Shown here: piece by piece, positions 30,426 to 40,235 of the stretch
How positions within the stretch are numbered: the stretch's first letter is position 1
Layout: every line of letters begins with the position of its first letter
Source: a virus
Lineage: Duplodnaviria; Heunggongvirae; Uroviricota; Caudoviricetes
Length of the DNA stretch: 64,000 bases
Direction: 5' to 3' (one strand)
Virus record (IMG/VR): IMGVR_UViG_3300045988_003495
Made by a program: the position numbers and the translations under genes
Notes under the pieces: model-generated
Databases searched by the model: none
Seen by the model: the letters and a program-made list of their open reading frames with translations, nothing else
What the model was told of the DNA's origin: nothing

Positions 30426-30737
30426 ATGGAAAAGATTTATAACACCCGTAAAATTCAGATTTCTATTCTGTGTCAGTTTATGGCTGATAAACACAATTCA
30501 CATTATTGTGGCACAGGTTTCCTTACTCTTGGTGGCGGTTACATTAGCTTCAAAGAGGCTGTAAAGATGTACAATGAGCACCCTGAAGATGATAAAGAGC
30601 TTAAGCAGCTTAAACTTTCTTATGATAAGAAACGTAAGAAAATAATCTGCTTGAACAACCTTATCAAGCCAACTGAAAAGGTCTATGATGCAATTGGTGA
30701 AGAAGGTTTCTTCAAAGTATTGAAATTAGTTCAGTAA
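30426..30737 (+). CDS. hypothetical protein
   Basis: 103-aa ORF. Confidence 0.4.
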   Translation: MEKIYNTRKIQISILCQFMADKHNSHYCGTGFLTLGGGYISFKEAVKMYNEHPEDDKELKQLKLSYDKKRKKIICLNNLIKPTEKVYDAIGEEGFFKVLKLVQ

Positions 30738-30788
30738 GAGTCTATGATTAGGGAACTGTAAAGGTTCCCTTTTTATTTTGGAGATAAA

Positions 30789-31304
30789 ATGTATCTGTCA
30801 AACCTGAAACGTTCGGCTGCAATGTCAGTGTTAAGACTCAGCTTTGAGGAACGTCAAGAGTTCATTGACTCCCACCAATACGACCCCTCAAACTCCAATC
30901 ACATGATTCTCTGGAATCGTGAGAGTACTCGTGAAAGAGTATTATTCCGATATTACCCATACTACACCATAGACAACCTGTATGAATGTTTTGTTGTGAA
31001 GAACACCATTACAGTACTTAATAAACTTTGCAGATACACAGGTAGTCAATCCTTCACATTAGGTCACCACAAGCCTGTTACAAAAGGTGGTGAACATCAC
31101 TGCGCAAACTGGTTTATCCAAACTAAAGCTGATAACCAGAAGCAAGAAGATAGCCTTCTAAGCACTCCTAAGATGACCTATGAAGAGCAAGAGAGATATA
31201 TCAAAAATAATATGCCAGATGTGCTTGACAACAACTATACAGATTTGGCAATATCTCTCCTGTTGAAGTTTGAGACAGTTTATAGGGCAACTTACAATGG
31301 CTAA
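30789..31304 (+). CDS. hypothetical protein
   Basis: 171-aa ORF. Confidence 0.45.
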   Translation: MYLSNLKRSAAMSVLRLSFEERQEFIDSHQYDPSNSNHMILWNRESTRERVLFRYYPYYTIDNLYECFVVKNTITVLNKLCRYTGSQSFTLGHHKPVTKGGEHHCANWFIQTKADNQKQEDSLLSTPKMTYEEQERYIKNNMPDVLDNNYTDLAISLLLKFETVYRATYNG

Positions 31305-31575
31305 AGAGAAGTGGGAGATTCTACCATTAGTGAGTGAAGGTGGTAACGGCTGTGAGATGTACATGATACGTGGTCATGTCCCAGAACCAATTGCACTTGA
31401 GATGGTAAACAATTTTACAGATGGCTCTTACAAAGATTTAGGAGAGCCAACTATAAAGCATCAATGGGTCAAACCTGTACCAGACAGCACAGGTAACTGT
31501 AGTGTACTTTATCACGTTGTAGACCCTGCAAAATGCAAATCTGCAATGGCAGTAACAAACATAACCTTTGATTGA
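31297..31575 (+). CDS. hypothetical protein
   Basis: ATG at 31297 within ORF 31270..31575. Confidence 0.4.
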   Translation: MAKEKWEILPLVSEGGNGCEMYMIRGHVPEPIALEMVNNFTDGSYKDLGEPTIKHQWVKPVPDSTGNCSVLYHVVDPAKCKSAMAVTNITFD

Positions 31576-31590
31576 TAGAGAGAGAAAACT

Positions 31591-32472
31591 ATGAAAACAT
31601 CTATCCGTGTTACAGTTCATTCACCAACTAAAGGGACTCATGAAGAAGAGTTTAACATCATCCAATTTCCTTCTGGTGAGATTGGTGGACACTTTTCGCC
31701 AGAGTTTGTTGATTTCACTGCTTATGCAGCATCATCCATCAACAATGTGATTATGATTGTAAAAGGTTATGACAAGGACACATTGTTTGCTGTGGCACTT
31801 GCTAAAGAAGCAATTGATGATTTAATTCCTCATGATTATGCTTTAAAGACTGTCATCTTTTACTACTTACCAAATGCACGATATGACCGTCACATGTTTA
31901 AAGGCGACGCAGCAGCTTTAAAGGTTTTTGCTAAACAGGTAAATGCAATGGGATTTGGTGCAGTCTGTGCAGTTGACCCTCACAGTTACGTTCCAGATAA
32001 CCTGTTTAACTGCTTCCAGAGTATTCCTCAAAAGGAGATTGCAGTCCACTATGCAAATGACCCACTGGTTGATTACTTAGTAGCCCCAGATGCAGGTGCT
32101 GCTAAGAAGGTTGCAGAGACCGCTAAAGAGGCGGATAAACCATATATCACAATGTCTAAGGTGCGTAACCTTAAGACTGGTGAAATTACTGGTATGCGAA
32201 TCCTTGATGATGTTGATTTGACAGATAAAACCGTCATGATTCTGGATGATATCTGTGATGGTGGTCGAACCTTCATAGAAGCAGCTAGACATCTTCGTGA
32301 AGCAGGTGCAAAACGTGTGGAACTCTATGTAACACATGGTATCTTCTCTAAAGATGTTGAAAACCTTCTTGACAATGGCATTGACCACATCTACACTACA
32401 AACTCTTTAGGGGAAGCTAAAGACCGTGGCTTAACACATTATGGTCAAGTTACTGTAGCAAATTTGGATTAG
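31591..32472 (+). CDS. ribose-phosphate pyrophosphokinase-like enzyme (Prs-like; candidate ADPR-PP synthetase of NARP1)
   Basis: 293 aa; PRPP-binding-type motif VMILDDICDGGRTFIEAARHLREAGA; partnered with NAMPT-like gene. Confidence 0.65.
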   Translation: MKTSIRVTVHSPTKGTHEEEFNIIQFPSGEIGGHFSPEFVDFTAYAASSINNVIMIVKGYDKDTLFAVALAKEAIDDLIPHDYALKTVIFYYLPNARYDRHMFKGDAAALKVFAKQVNAMGFGAVCAVDPHSYVPDNLFNCFQSIPQKEIAVHYANDPLVDYLVAPDAGAAKKVAETAKEADKPYITMSKVRNLKTGEITGMRILDDVDLTDKTVMILDDICDGGRTFIEAARHLREAGAKRVELYVTHGIFSKDVENLLDNGIDHIYTTNSLGEAKDRGLTHYGQVTVANLD

Positions 32473-32480
32473 GTATTAAA

Positions 32481-32972
32481 ATGGATAAGGGTTACTTCGA
32501 AAAATACCTAATATACGAACCGGAGACAGGTTTACTAATTTGGAAAGTAACCCTTTGCAATACCGCTATTGCTGGTAATGTTGCTGGCACAAGGTCTAAG
32601 AAGGGTTATATCCAAGTCCAGATAAATAAGAAGAGGTACTATGCACATAATATTGCATGGATTATGTCTGGAGGTGAGATACCAAGTGGATATGAGATAG
32701 ACCACATAGACCTTGATAAATCTAATAATAAGTTGGAGAATTTAAGACTTAGCACAAAGTCACAAAATCAGAGGAATAGGGGTATATACAAGAATAATAA
32801 AACTGGTGTGAAGGGTGTAAGTTTTTGTAAACAAACAGGTCTTTACAAAGCAAGAGTCATGCTTTACCATAAAGAATACTTTTGTGGAAGATTTAAAACG
32901 GTAGAAGAAGCAAAAGAAGCTGTAATTAAAAAGCGAATAGAACTTCATGGTGAGTTTGCAAGACATAACTAA
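32481..32972 (+). CDS. HNH homing endonuclease with AP2-type domain
   Basis: YEPETGLLIWK, HNH core IDHIDLDKSNNKLENLRLSTKSQN, AP2-like GRFKTVEEAKEAV; inserted between the two NAD-salvage genes. Confidence 0.7.
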   Translation: MDKGYFEKYLIYEPETGLLIWKVTLCNTAIAGNVAGTRSKKGYIQVQINKKRYYAHNIAWIMSGGEIPSGYEIDHIDLDKSNNKLENLRLSTKSQNQRNRGIYKNNKTGVKGVSFCKQTGLYKARVMLYHKEYFCGRFKTVEEAKEAVIKKRIELHGEFARHN

Positions 32973-32990
32973 GAGAGAGAGAGATAAAAT

Positions 32991-34772
32991 ATGAGTAAGT
33001 CACTTTACGCAGTACCAGCAGGTCTTAATGCAGATGCTTACAAGGCATCACATATATATCAGTATCCAGATGCTACGCAATATCTTATGTTGAACCTGAC
33101 ACCACGTAGCGACAAATGGTTTAACAGTCCATTAGCAATTGATGGTGTAGTCGCTTTTGGTATTCAACGTTTCGTTAAAGATTACTTGATAGACCACTGG
33201 AACGCCACTTTCTTTGAACGTGATAAAAAAGAAGCCATTGATGAAATCTTAGAAGTCATGAATGGTGTTCTGGGTAAAGATGCTATCGGTCGAGAGCATT
33301 GGGAAGCACTTCACGACTTAGGTTATCTACCAGTTGAAGTATACGCTGTAGAAGAAGGCACAGTTGTCCCTATGCGTGTCCCAATGATTGTCTTCCAGAA
33401 CACTGTTTCAGGTTTCCATTGGGTAGCAGGTTATCTGGAAGATGCTTTCTCTGCTGAGATTTGGAAGGCTTGCACTATTGCAACTATTGCATTGCATTAC
33501 AAACGCATCTGTAAGAAGTGGGCTGACCTTACTTGTGACAACGACTTGCATCTGCCCTATCAGTGCCATGACTTTGCTATGCGTGGTATGTCAGGCTTTA
33601 CTGATGACGCATTTAATGCTGTAGGTCACTTAACCAGCTTTAAAGGAACTGACAGCTTCCCTGCTGTATACACGGCTAAACGCATCTATGGGCAGTCTTA
33701 CCCAATCTCTGATATTGGTAGTTCTGTACCAGCCACTGAACACTCTGTAATGTGTGCAAACATTGCTTGGGAAGGTGGTAATGAATTGATTGAAGATGAA
33801 AGACGCTTTAAAGGTGAGTTACAAACCTTCCGTCGTTTTTTAACAGAAACTTACCCAACTGGTATTGCAAGTATTGTTTCAGATACTTATAACTTCTGGA
33901 GAACTGTGTCAGAAATCTTACCAGCACTCCGTAAAGAAATTATGGAACGTGATGGCAAACTGGTAATTCGCCCTGACTCTGGAGACCCTGTACATATTGT
34001 CACAGGTTATAAAGCAATCCACTTAGAATGTGCTAAGAAGGCTTATTATGAGCACCTTAGTAAGCTGGAAGCCAGCGACACAATGTTGAATGCTGTTCTG
34101 AATATGAAGCTTGAAAACATCAGCTATGGTATTGCTGGATGGCTACTGTCAGAAGGCTACGAAATGGTTGTTGACAGAGAAGACTTTGAAGTTGCTGATA
34201 CAGTGATGTTGAAGAACGCTTATATGGTTGGTTCTGCAAACGTTGTAACACGCCCTGTAGCAGAGATTGATGGGGCTATTAAGACCCTGTATAACATCTT
34301 CGGAGGGACTATCAACTCCAAAGGCTTTAAGGTACTGGATGAGCATATCGGGCTTATCTATGGCGACTCTATCACGCTGGAACGTGCAAACGAAATCCTG
34401 AAGCGTCTGTATGAAATGGGTTTTGCAAGCTCTAACGTAGTGTTTGGTGTAGGCTCTTACACTTACCAGTACATGACTCGTGACACCTTTGCATTTGCTG
34501 TCAAAGCAACTCTTGCAAGCATTGGTGGTAAAGAGATTATGCTTGCAAAAGACCCTAAAACAGATAGTGGTGTTAAGAAATCTGCCTTTGGTGGTGTAGC
34601 ACCTATGTGGGATGGTGATAAGCTGAAAGCTGTAGATGGCTATGGATTCCAGAGCTTTGCAGATGCACTTGAACATCCAGCTTGTGCTCTACGCTTAGTC
34701 TTTAGTGATTCTGAGCAGTATGGTTACACATCTCTTGGTGATATTCGAAATAATATTGACAAGCAGCTTTAA
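32991..34772 (+). CDS. nicotinamide phosphoribosyltransferase-like enzyme (NAMPT-like; candidate nicotinamide ADPR transferase of NARP1)
   Basis: 593 aa; overall NAMPT/NadV-like size and motifs; adjacent to Prs-like gene. Confidence 0.7.
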   Translation: MSKSLYAVPAGLNADAYKASHIYQYPDATQYLMLNLTPRSDKWFNSPLAIDGVVAFGIQRFVKDYLIDHWNATFFERDKKEAIDEILEVMNGVLGKDAIGREHWEALHDLGYLPVEVYAVEEGTVVPMRVPMIVFQNTVSGFHWVAGYLEDAFSAEIWKACTIATIALHYKRICKKWADLTCDNDLHLPYQCHDFAMRGMSGFTDDAFNAVGHLTSFKGTDSFPAVYTAKRIYGQSYPISDIGSSVPATEHSVMCANIAWEGGNELIEDERRFKGELQTFRRFLTETYPTGIASIVSDTYNFWRTVSEILPALRKEIMERDGKLVIRPDSGDPVHIVTGYKAIHLECAKKAYYEHLSKLEASDTMLNAVLNMKLENISYGIAGWLLSEGYEMVVDREDFEVADTVMLKNAYMVGSANVVTRPVAEIDGAIKTLYNIFGGTINSKGFKVLDEHIGLIYGDSITLERANEILKRLYEMGFASSNVVFGVGSYTYQYMTRDTFAFAVKATLASIGGKEIMLAKDPKTDSGVKKSAFGGVAPMWDGDKLKAVDGYGFQSFADALEHPACALRLVFSDSEQYGYTSLGDIRNNIDKQL

Positions 34773-34785
34773 AAGTATATGATAA

Positions 34786-34808
34786 GAGGCTCCTACGGGA
34801 GCCTTTTT
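34786..34808 (+). terminator. rho-independent terminator
   Basis: ggctcc-tacg-ggagcc followed by ttttt. Confidence 0.6.
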
Positions 34809-34825
34809 AATTTCTGGAGAAGACT

Positions 34826-35161
34826 ATGAAAATCAAAGAAATGAACATCAACATTGTCTTAGAAGAACGTTGGGAGAACATCAAGAAGTCTGAAGATGGT
34901 CATAAGTTCCTCAACAAAATTTTAGTAGCAGCTAAAGAAGAACTGACTGGAAAGGTTGCAGCAGCAATCACAATAAAGGTTTGTGTAAAAGGTCTTCCAC
35001 AACATCACCAGTTTGCTCTTGACGAGTTTAAAGAAAGCTTCTACAATCCAAACAAACAGATGCTTGAAAGTAACTTTGCAGTATCTACAAGCATCGTTCA
35101 TGACAGAAGCTTTATCCTTTACAAAAACATGAGAGGTGAGTCATGCAAGCATATTGGATAG
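34826..35161 (+). CDS. hypothetical protein
   Basis: 111-aa ORF. Confidence 0.4.
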   Translation: MKIKEMNINIVLEERWENIKKSEDGHKFLNKILVAAKEELTGKVAAAITIKVCVKGLPQHHQFALDEFKESFYNPNKQMLESNFAVSTSIVHDRSFILYKNMRGESCKHIG

Positions 35162-35319
35162 AAATTTTACTGTCACTTGGTAGTGTAGCAATATTTGTTT
35201 GCCTTCTTTGTAAGTACTTTGCAGAACACAAAAAGTGTGACTACTGTAGCGGAGAAGGGTATACAAGAGCAGGTTGTTGCCCTATGTGTGGTGGTTCTGG
35301 TAAAATGTTTAATAAGTAA
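35143..35319 (+). CDS. small membrane zinc-ribbon protein (hypothetical, 58 aa)
   Basis: TM segment ILLSLGSVAIFVCLL then CDYCSGEG...CCPMCGG; below ORF-track cutoff. Confidence 0.25.
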   Translation: MQAYWIEILLSLGSVAIFVCLLCKYFAEHKKCDYCSGEGYTRAGCCPMCGGSGKMFNK

Positions 35320-35347
35320 TTTAACAGTAAACTGAGAGGAAAGTATT

Positions 35348-37714
35348 ATGCGCATGGTAAACGACCACGCAGAAGTGATTAAAAGTTCAACTTCTTTAGA
35401 GACGTCTCAAGCACAGATTACAATGACACCTGAGATGTTCAGCCTTTTGAGTTCTGGTGTATATACCTTTAAAGAAAGGGCAGTGATTCGTGAACTGTCA
35501 TGTAACGCAGTAGATGCTCAGAAAGAAGCTGGAAAAGAGAACATCCCATTCCATGTGCATTTACCTACTCGTTTTGAGCCTTACTTCGAAGTTCGTGATT
35601 TTGGAACTGGATTGACTCATGATAAAGTTATGAGTTTGTACCTAAACTATGGAGCTTCTACGAAGAATGACTCTAATGACTACATTGGTGCAATGGGTAT
35701 CGGCTCAAAGTCACCATTTGCAATTGCTCAGTCATTCACAGTATCTAGTTATGTTGACGGTGTTGTTAATAAGTACTCTGTTTATCTTGAGAATGGTATC
35801 CCTCAAGTAACTAAGCTGACAACTAACCAAACAAAAGAACCTAATGGTTTAGCTGTACGTGTGGCAGTTGCTGACCACCGTATCTCAAAGTTCTTTGAAG
35901 AAGCTGGGAATGTGTACTCATACTTCACTGTAAAACCAGAAAGTAATATTGAGTACGACGATGTATTAGCAGATATGAACGTAATTGCCCGTGAAGAAGG
36001 TGTTTATGATGCCATGATTCATAAGCACAGCTGGCGTTCTAGTGATAACAGGACAGAGTTTAATGTGGTGATGGGTAACATTGCCTATCCAGTGAACATG
36101 GAAGCGTTACTTGGTGATGATTTCTTCAAAGTCTTGCCAGAGTTTTTCCGTAGGAGCGTAGACCTTGTAAACATCTACATGCCTATTGGTTCAGTTGCTA
36201 TTGCAGCTTCTCGTGAAGCATTGCAGATGAATGACACGACAAAAAATGTTATCATTGAGGCTACTAAAAAGATAACTGAAGCCATTACAAAGGATGTTAT
36301 CAAGAAAGTTAATAGCCAACCTACACTCATGGATGCTGCACAGGCTTATGCTGAGTTACGTTTGAACTCACGAGAGATGTTTAATGCTGTGTGTCCAAAG
36401 CTAGAGTGGGGTGGCGTTAAGCTTGATTCTCTGGAAGAAGAATTGCTAAACATTCGTCGTGGAATTATCTACGCAGAAGACGGCTCAGTCATTTACGAAC
36501 GTGACGGTAAAGGTAATATTAAGGTTGATAGGAACGGGAACAATATCCCTAAAGTAGATTATCTTTATGACCCAGTTGCTTATGTCAAGTTTAACTCTTT
36601 AGAGAGTAAGATTCGTGCAACAGCACTATCCTACACTCAAGAGGCGAGCATGTTCAACATCTTTGGTGCAATGCGCAAAAGCCAGATTGGACAGTTTTTG
36701 TTCGTGATTAATGACCGTCGAAATAAAAATGGCACTGAGAAGACTGTTGGGCGTAACCAAATCTTGCGTGGTGCATGTCGAGACTATGCAAGTGAGTCTA
36801 GTCTGTTTCACAGATACAATGGTATTGTCTTTGTATTCTCGACTGAAAAAGAGTTAGATGACTTAATCAATCTGCACAAACTTGATAAAAGTTTGTTAAA
36901 GATTGTGAAAATGTCTGATAAGGAGCACCATTACCAGCGTAAAGAAGCTGTAAGAGGTGTTGTAAAACTCTGGAAAGCTGTCCCAGAAGAAGGTGTAGCT
37001 TCCTATAAAGAGGTTTCAGAAGACTTTGATACAATTGAAGAGCCTCAGCTTTACATTAAGGCAGTTGGTGACACAGTTGATGGCGAATGTTTTTGCTCAT
37101 CTCCAGAAGATGTAGCCAAGTCAGTTGCTAATGTTACAGGGAAGACAGTCTATGTTTTCCGAAAAGCAAATTGGAAAAAGATACCAGAAGACTGGATTGA
37201 AGTAGATGAGAAACTCTTGAACGATAGCTTAACTGATGTTCATTGGATTAATCATAACAGGTATATGACACGTATCTATATGAATGGTGTCCTTGACCTT
37301 ACAAGCAGTTGGATTATTGCCAGAAACTTTACGTTCAATAACAGGAAGATTTCTCGTGGCTATTGCTATTCACTGGATACAAACAAAACTATCTTCCTAG
37401 AAGGTAATGAAGAGGCTGTAGAGGCAATGTTTGGTAAAATCCAGTATGTTGCTGCACCATTTGCATACACTTACACTATTAGTGTGTTGAAAACTTTGAA
37501 AGATTGTCTTGACAACGATACAAAGCTTTACAAGAAAATTAAGAAAGCTGGTGACCGTATGGTTATTAAGGTGACAAACTACCTTTCAAAAAGAAAACAA
37601 GAAAACTTCTTGCTTTCCCATTTAGATTGGAATAAAGTGTCACCCATCGAAGTGAGTAAGTTCTTAGGTTTTGATGTGAAGTGTGTTCCAGAAGGGACTA
37701 CAATTTACGATTAA
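35348..37714 (+). CDS. rIIA: rIIA-like protein with GHKL-type ATPase domain
   Basis: 788 aa; N-box ELSCNAVDA, G1 box VRDFGTGLT, G2 box GAMGIGSKS; followed by rIIB-like gene. Confidence 0.6.
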   Translation: MRMVNDHAEVIKSSTSLETSQAQITMTPEMFSLLSSGVYTFKERAVIRELSCNAVDAQKEAGKENIPFHVHLPTRFEPYFEVRDFGTGLTHDKVMSLYLNYGASTKNDSNDYIGAMGIGSKSPFAIAQSFTVSSYVDGVVNKYSVYLENGIPQVTKLTTNQTKEPNGLAVRVAVADHRISKFFEEAGNVYSYFTVKPESNIEYDDVLADMNVIAREEGVYDAMIHKHSWRSSDNRTEFNVVMGNIAYPVNMEALLGDDFFKVLPEFFRRSVDLVNIYMPIGSVAIAASREALQMNDTTKNVIIEATKKITEAITKDVIKKVNSQPTLMDAAQAYAELRLNSREMFNAVCPKLEWGGVKLDSLEEELLNIRRGIIYAEDGSVIYERDGKGNIKVDRNGNNIPKVDYLYDPVAYVKFNSLESKIRATALSYTQEASMFNIFGAMRKSQIGQFLFVINDRRNKNGTEKTVGRNQILRGACRDYASESSLFHRYNGIVFVFSTEKELDDLINLHKLDKSLLKIVKMSDKEHHYQRKEAVRGVVKLWKAVPEEGVASYKEVSEDFDTIEEPQLYIKAVGDTVDGECFCSSPEDVAKSVANVTGKTVYVFRKANWKKIPEDWIEVDEKLLNDSLTDVHWINHNRYMTRIYMNGVLDLTSSWIIARNFTFNNRKISRGYCYSLDTNKTIFLEGNEEAVEAMFGKIQYVAAPFAYTYTISVLKTLKDCLDNDTKLYKKIKKAGDRMVIKVTNYLSKRKQENFLLSHLDWNKVSPIEVSKFLGFDVKCVPEGTTIYD

Positions 37715-37719
37715 AACGT

Positions 37720-37749
37720 TTGACAAGGGGCTTTGAAGCCCCTTAGAAT
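37720..37749 (+). promoter_or_regulatory. sigma70-type promoter with hairpin in the spacer
   Basis: -35 ttgaca at 37720-37725, spacer is the hairpin ggggct-ttga-agcccc, -10 tagaat. Confidence 0.45.
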
Positions 37750-37793
37750 ATCCTCACAAAATGATTTATTAACTAACAAGAGAGAGTAATAAG

Positions 37794-38903
37794 ATGACTA
37801 CTAAAACTAAAGCACAGATTGACGCAGAAATTTACAAACTGGTTAAAGAAGGTAAGCTGACTAAAACAGCTATTGCACAGAAATTTAATACTTCAACCCG
37901 TTCAGTCGGTCGTGCTGTAGAGCGTCATGAAGCAACATTAAAAGGGAATAAGAAGGTAACTTCTACACCAGCTACGAAGACTTTGAAGCAAGTTGCTAAG
38001 ACCTTTAAAAAGAAAGCTGACAAACCAGTTGAAAAGGTTGTTAAAGATTCTGTACAGAAAGCTCCAGTAAATAAACTGCACGAAGCTATGCAGAAAGATG
38101 ACAAGATTGAGTACATGATTACTGGTGACTCTGTAATTATGACTTACGGTTCAGAATCTGAAATTGTTGAGTCTACTCATCCGAACTATCAAGAGATTGT
38201 AGTTCATGTTGTGAAAGGTGAGTTCAAGAAAGCCTTTGAACTGATGAACATTCGTAAGTCTATCGAAAACTTCACGCAGGGAGCTATCACAATCAAAGGT
38301 GATAAGCTATTCTACGGTGCTGTTGAGATGCGTTCTACTCTGGTTGACCGTATACTTCACATGATGAAGACTGGTGATAAAGGTTTTGAACGACTTGTAA
38401 TGTTCTTCGAAAAACTGATGGAAAACCCATCTAAAGATTCTGTAGAACAACTTTGGGGATTCATATCTCACCTTGATGTTGAAATTGATGAAGAAGGCTA
38501 CATCATTGGTTGGAAGAAAGTCTCTACTCGTGAAGGCAAGCTGGTTGACTCCCGCACCTGCAAAGTACCTAATGATTTGGGTAACATTGTAGAAATGCCA
38601 CGTTGGATGGTTGATAATAACCGTAACGTGACTTGCTCTCAAGGTCTTCACGTTGGTGCTTGGGATTATGTTCGTTACTTCTCAGGTGATACAATTCTGA
38701 AGGTTCGTGTCCATCCACGAGACGTTGTATCCGTACCAACTGATTACAACGATATGAAGATGCGCTCGTCTCGTTATGAAGTTGCAGCAATCGTTGATAA
38801 TCAACGTAAAGTACTGAAAGCATGGGATGGCAAGACTGAAGCTTTGCATGTCATCGTTGGCACTGCTGGTGAACTTATCTCTCAGCGTAAACGTGAAATC
38901 TAA
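37794..38903 (+). CDS. rIIB: rIIB-like protein
   Basis: 369 aa; C-terminal segments LFYGAVEMRSTLVDRIL and RVHPRDVVSVPTDYNDMKMR match my recollection of T4 rIIB. Confidence 0.6.
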   Translation: MTTKTKAQIDAEIYKLVKEGKLTKTAIAQKFNTSTRSVGRAVERHEATLKGNKKVTSTPATKTLKQVAKTFKKKADKPVEKVVKDSVQKAPVNKLHEAMQKDDKIEYMITGDSVIMTYGSESEIVESTHPNYQEIVVHVVKGEFKKAFELMNIRKSIENFTQGAITIKGDKLFYGAVEMRSTLVDRILHMMKTGDKGFERLVMFFEKLMENPSKDSVEQLWGFISHLDVEIDEEGYIIGWKKVSTREGKLVDSRTCKVPNDLGNIVEMPRWMVDNNRNVTCSQGLHVGAWDYVRYFSGDTILKVRVHPRDVVSVPTDYNDMKMRSSRYEVAAIVDNQRKVLKAWDGKTEALHVIVGTAGELISQRKREI

Positions 38904-38918
38904 TAAGTAATTTCTTAA

Positions 38919-38944
38919 AAGGCTGCTTCGGCGGCCTTTTTTAT
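38919..38944 (+). terminator. rho-independent terminator
   Basis: ggctgc-ttcg-gcggcc followed by T-run. Confidence 0.6.
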
Positions 38945-39003
38945 TTGTATTTTGTGCAGAGTGCTGTATAATTGTTGTCACGATAAACTAAACAGGAGAA
39001 CCA

Positions 39004-39552
39004 ATGAAGAAATTGATTCTAGGTTTGTGCTTAATGTTTACAGCACACTTATCTTATGCAGTTGACTGCCCAGAGCTATCAATTAGCCAAAAAGTAAACA
39101 TGTTAAAAGCTTACCAGTATGGTGAGAACAACATGGGTAAAGGTTGGGGTATCACTCTAGCTGCTATAGCCTTACAAGAGTCAGAGTTAGGTCTGAAGGT
39201 AGAGAATAAAAAGACACATGATTATGGTATTTTCCAGAATCACTTGAAGACTGTTGTAAAGCGTAACAAAATTAGTCCTAATGTGGCTAAAAAGAAACTC
39301 TTAAAAGACTTTAACTATGCTGCGAAGGAAACTCACAAAGAGCTTGAGTTTTGGACAAAGGTGCATGGTCAGCCAAAGTCAAAGAAGACTTTACAAAAAG
39401 TTTTAGCATCATATAATGCTGGGTATTCGTACAAAATCCCTAAAGCTAAGAAATATTCTCAAGATGTCTATAACAACATGAAAGTCATTGCTCAATGTGA
39501 ATTTGCAACAAACATTTCTAAGGTAAACCATGAAAAAATTAAAAAAGTCTGA
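39004..39552 (+). CDS. secreted lytic transglycosylase (SLT domain)
   Basis: signal peptide MKKLILGLCLMFTAHLSYA; SLT-like motifs AIALQESELG, YGIFQ, AYNAG. Confidence 0.55.
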   Translation: MKKLILGLCLMFTAHLSYAVDCPELSISQKVNMLKAYQYGENNMGKGWGITLAAIALQESELGLKVENKKTHDYGIFQNHLKTVVKRNKISPNVAKKKLLKDFNYAAKETHKELEFWTKVHGQPKSKKTLQKVLASYNAGYSYKIPKAKKYSQDVYNNMKVIAQCEFATNISKVNHEKIKKV

Positions 39553-40225
39553 TGAAGTACTGTGTCATGCTTACGACTTACATCCTCATGAGTTAGGTCT
39601 TGATTCCTGTGTATGGACTCCAGAACAGTGTAGGGATTTTGAAGACACTGCAAGAGAAGTTGTATGTTCACTCGAAGAGTTCCACACATCAGAGCCAATT
39701 GTGAATGTTGTAGATAAAGAGACTGGACAAACTATAGGTGTAAGTCGTGATAGCTTAGTCATAGTCAATAAAGACCTTGTAGAAAAAGGTAACCTCATCT
39801 TAGCAGATATTGATGGTGTTCTTACAAATTTTAATCACGAAGATTGCTCAACGGAATTGACTGATGGGTCATTCTCACAGTACACTAATCTTCTTGACTC
39901 TGTAAGAGCAAAACCAACGTATGTCTTTAGTATTATTGATGCAATTGCTAATCATGCTGCCATTGGACTCTTGACAGCGAGAGGTGAATCTCAGAGAATA
40001 CCTACTGAGATGTTTTTAAGGCACAACATAGAGCATGACTACATGCTTTTTATGCGTGGTTTTGGAACTAACTCTATAAGTGCAGAAAGTTTGAAAGTGA
40101 GGATGATTCAGTCTTGCATCCTGCCTTACTTTAATATAGTATGTTTTATAGAAGACACAGAGAAGAATGTGCAGAAGGTGAACAGAATCCTTCCACACAT
40201 TAAAACCATGTTAGTTAAACATTGA
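39530..40225 (+). CDS. HAD-superfamily hydrolase domain protein
   Basis: motif I LILADIDGVLTNF (DxDG). Confidence 0.45.
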   Translation: MKKLKKSDEVLCHAYDLHPHELGLDSCVWTPEQCRDFEDTAREVVCSLEEFHTSEPIVNVVDKETGQTIGVSRDSLVIVNKDLVEKGNLILADIDGVLTNFNHEDCSTELTDGSFSQYTNLLDSVRAKPTYVFSIIDAIANHAAIGLLTARGESQRIPTEMFLRHNIEHDYMLFMRGFGTNSISAESLKVRMIQSCILPYFNIVCFIEDTEKNVQKVNRILPHIKTMLVKH

Positions 40226-40235
40226 GAGAAAACTT

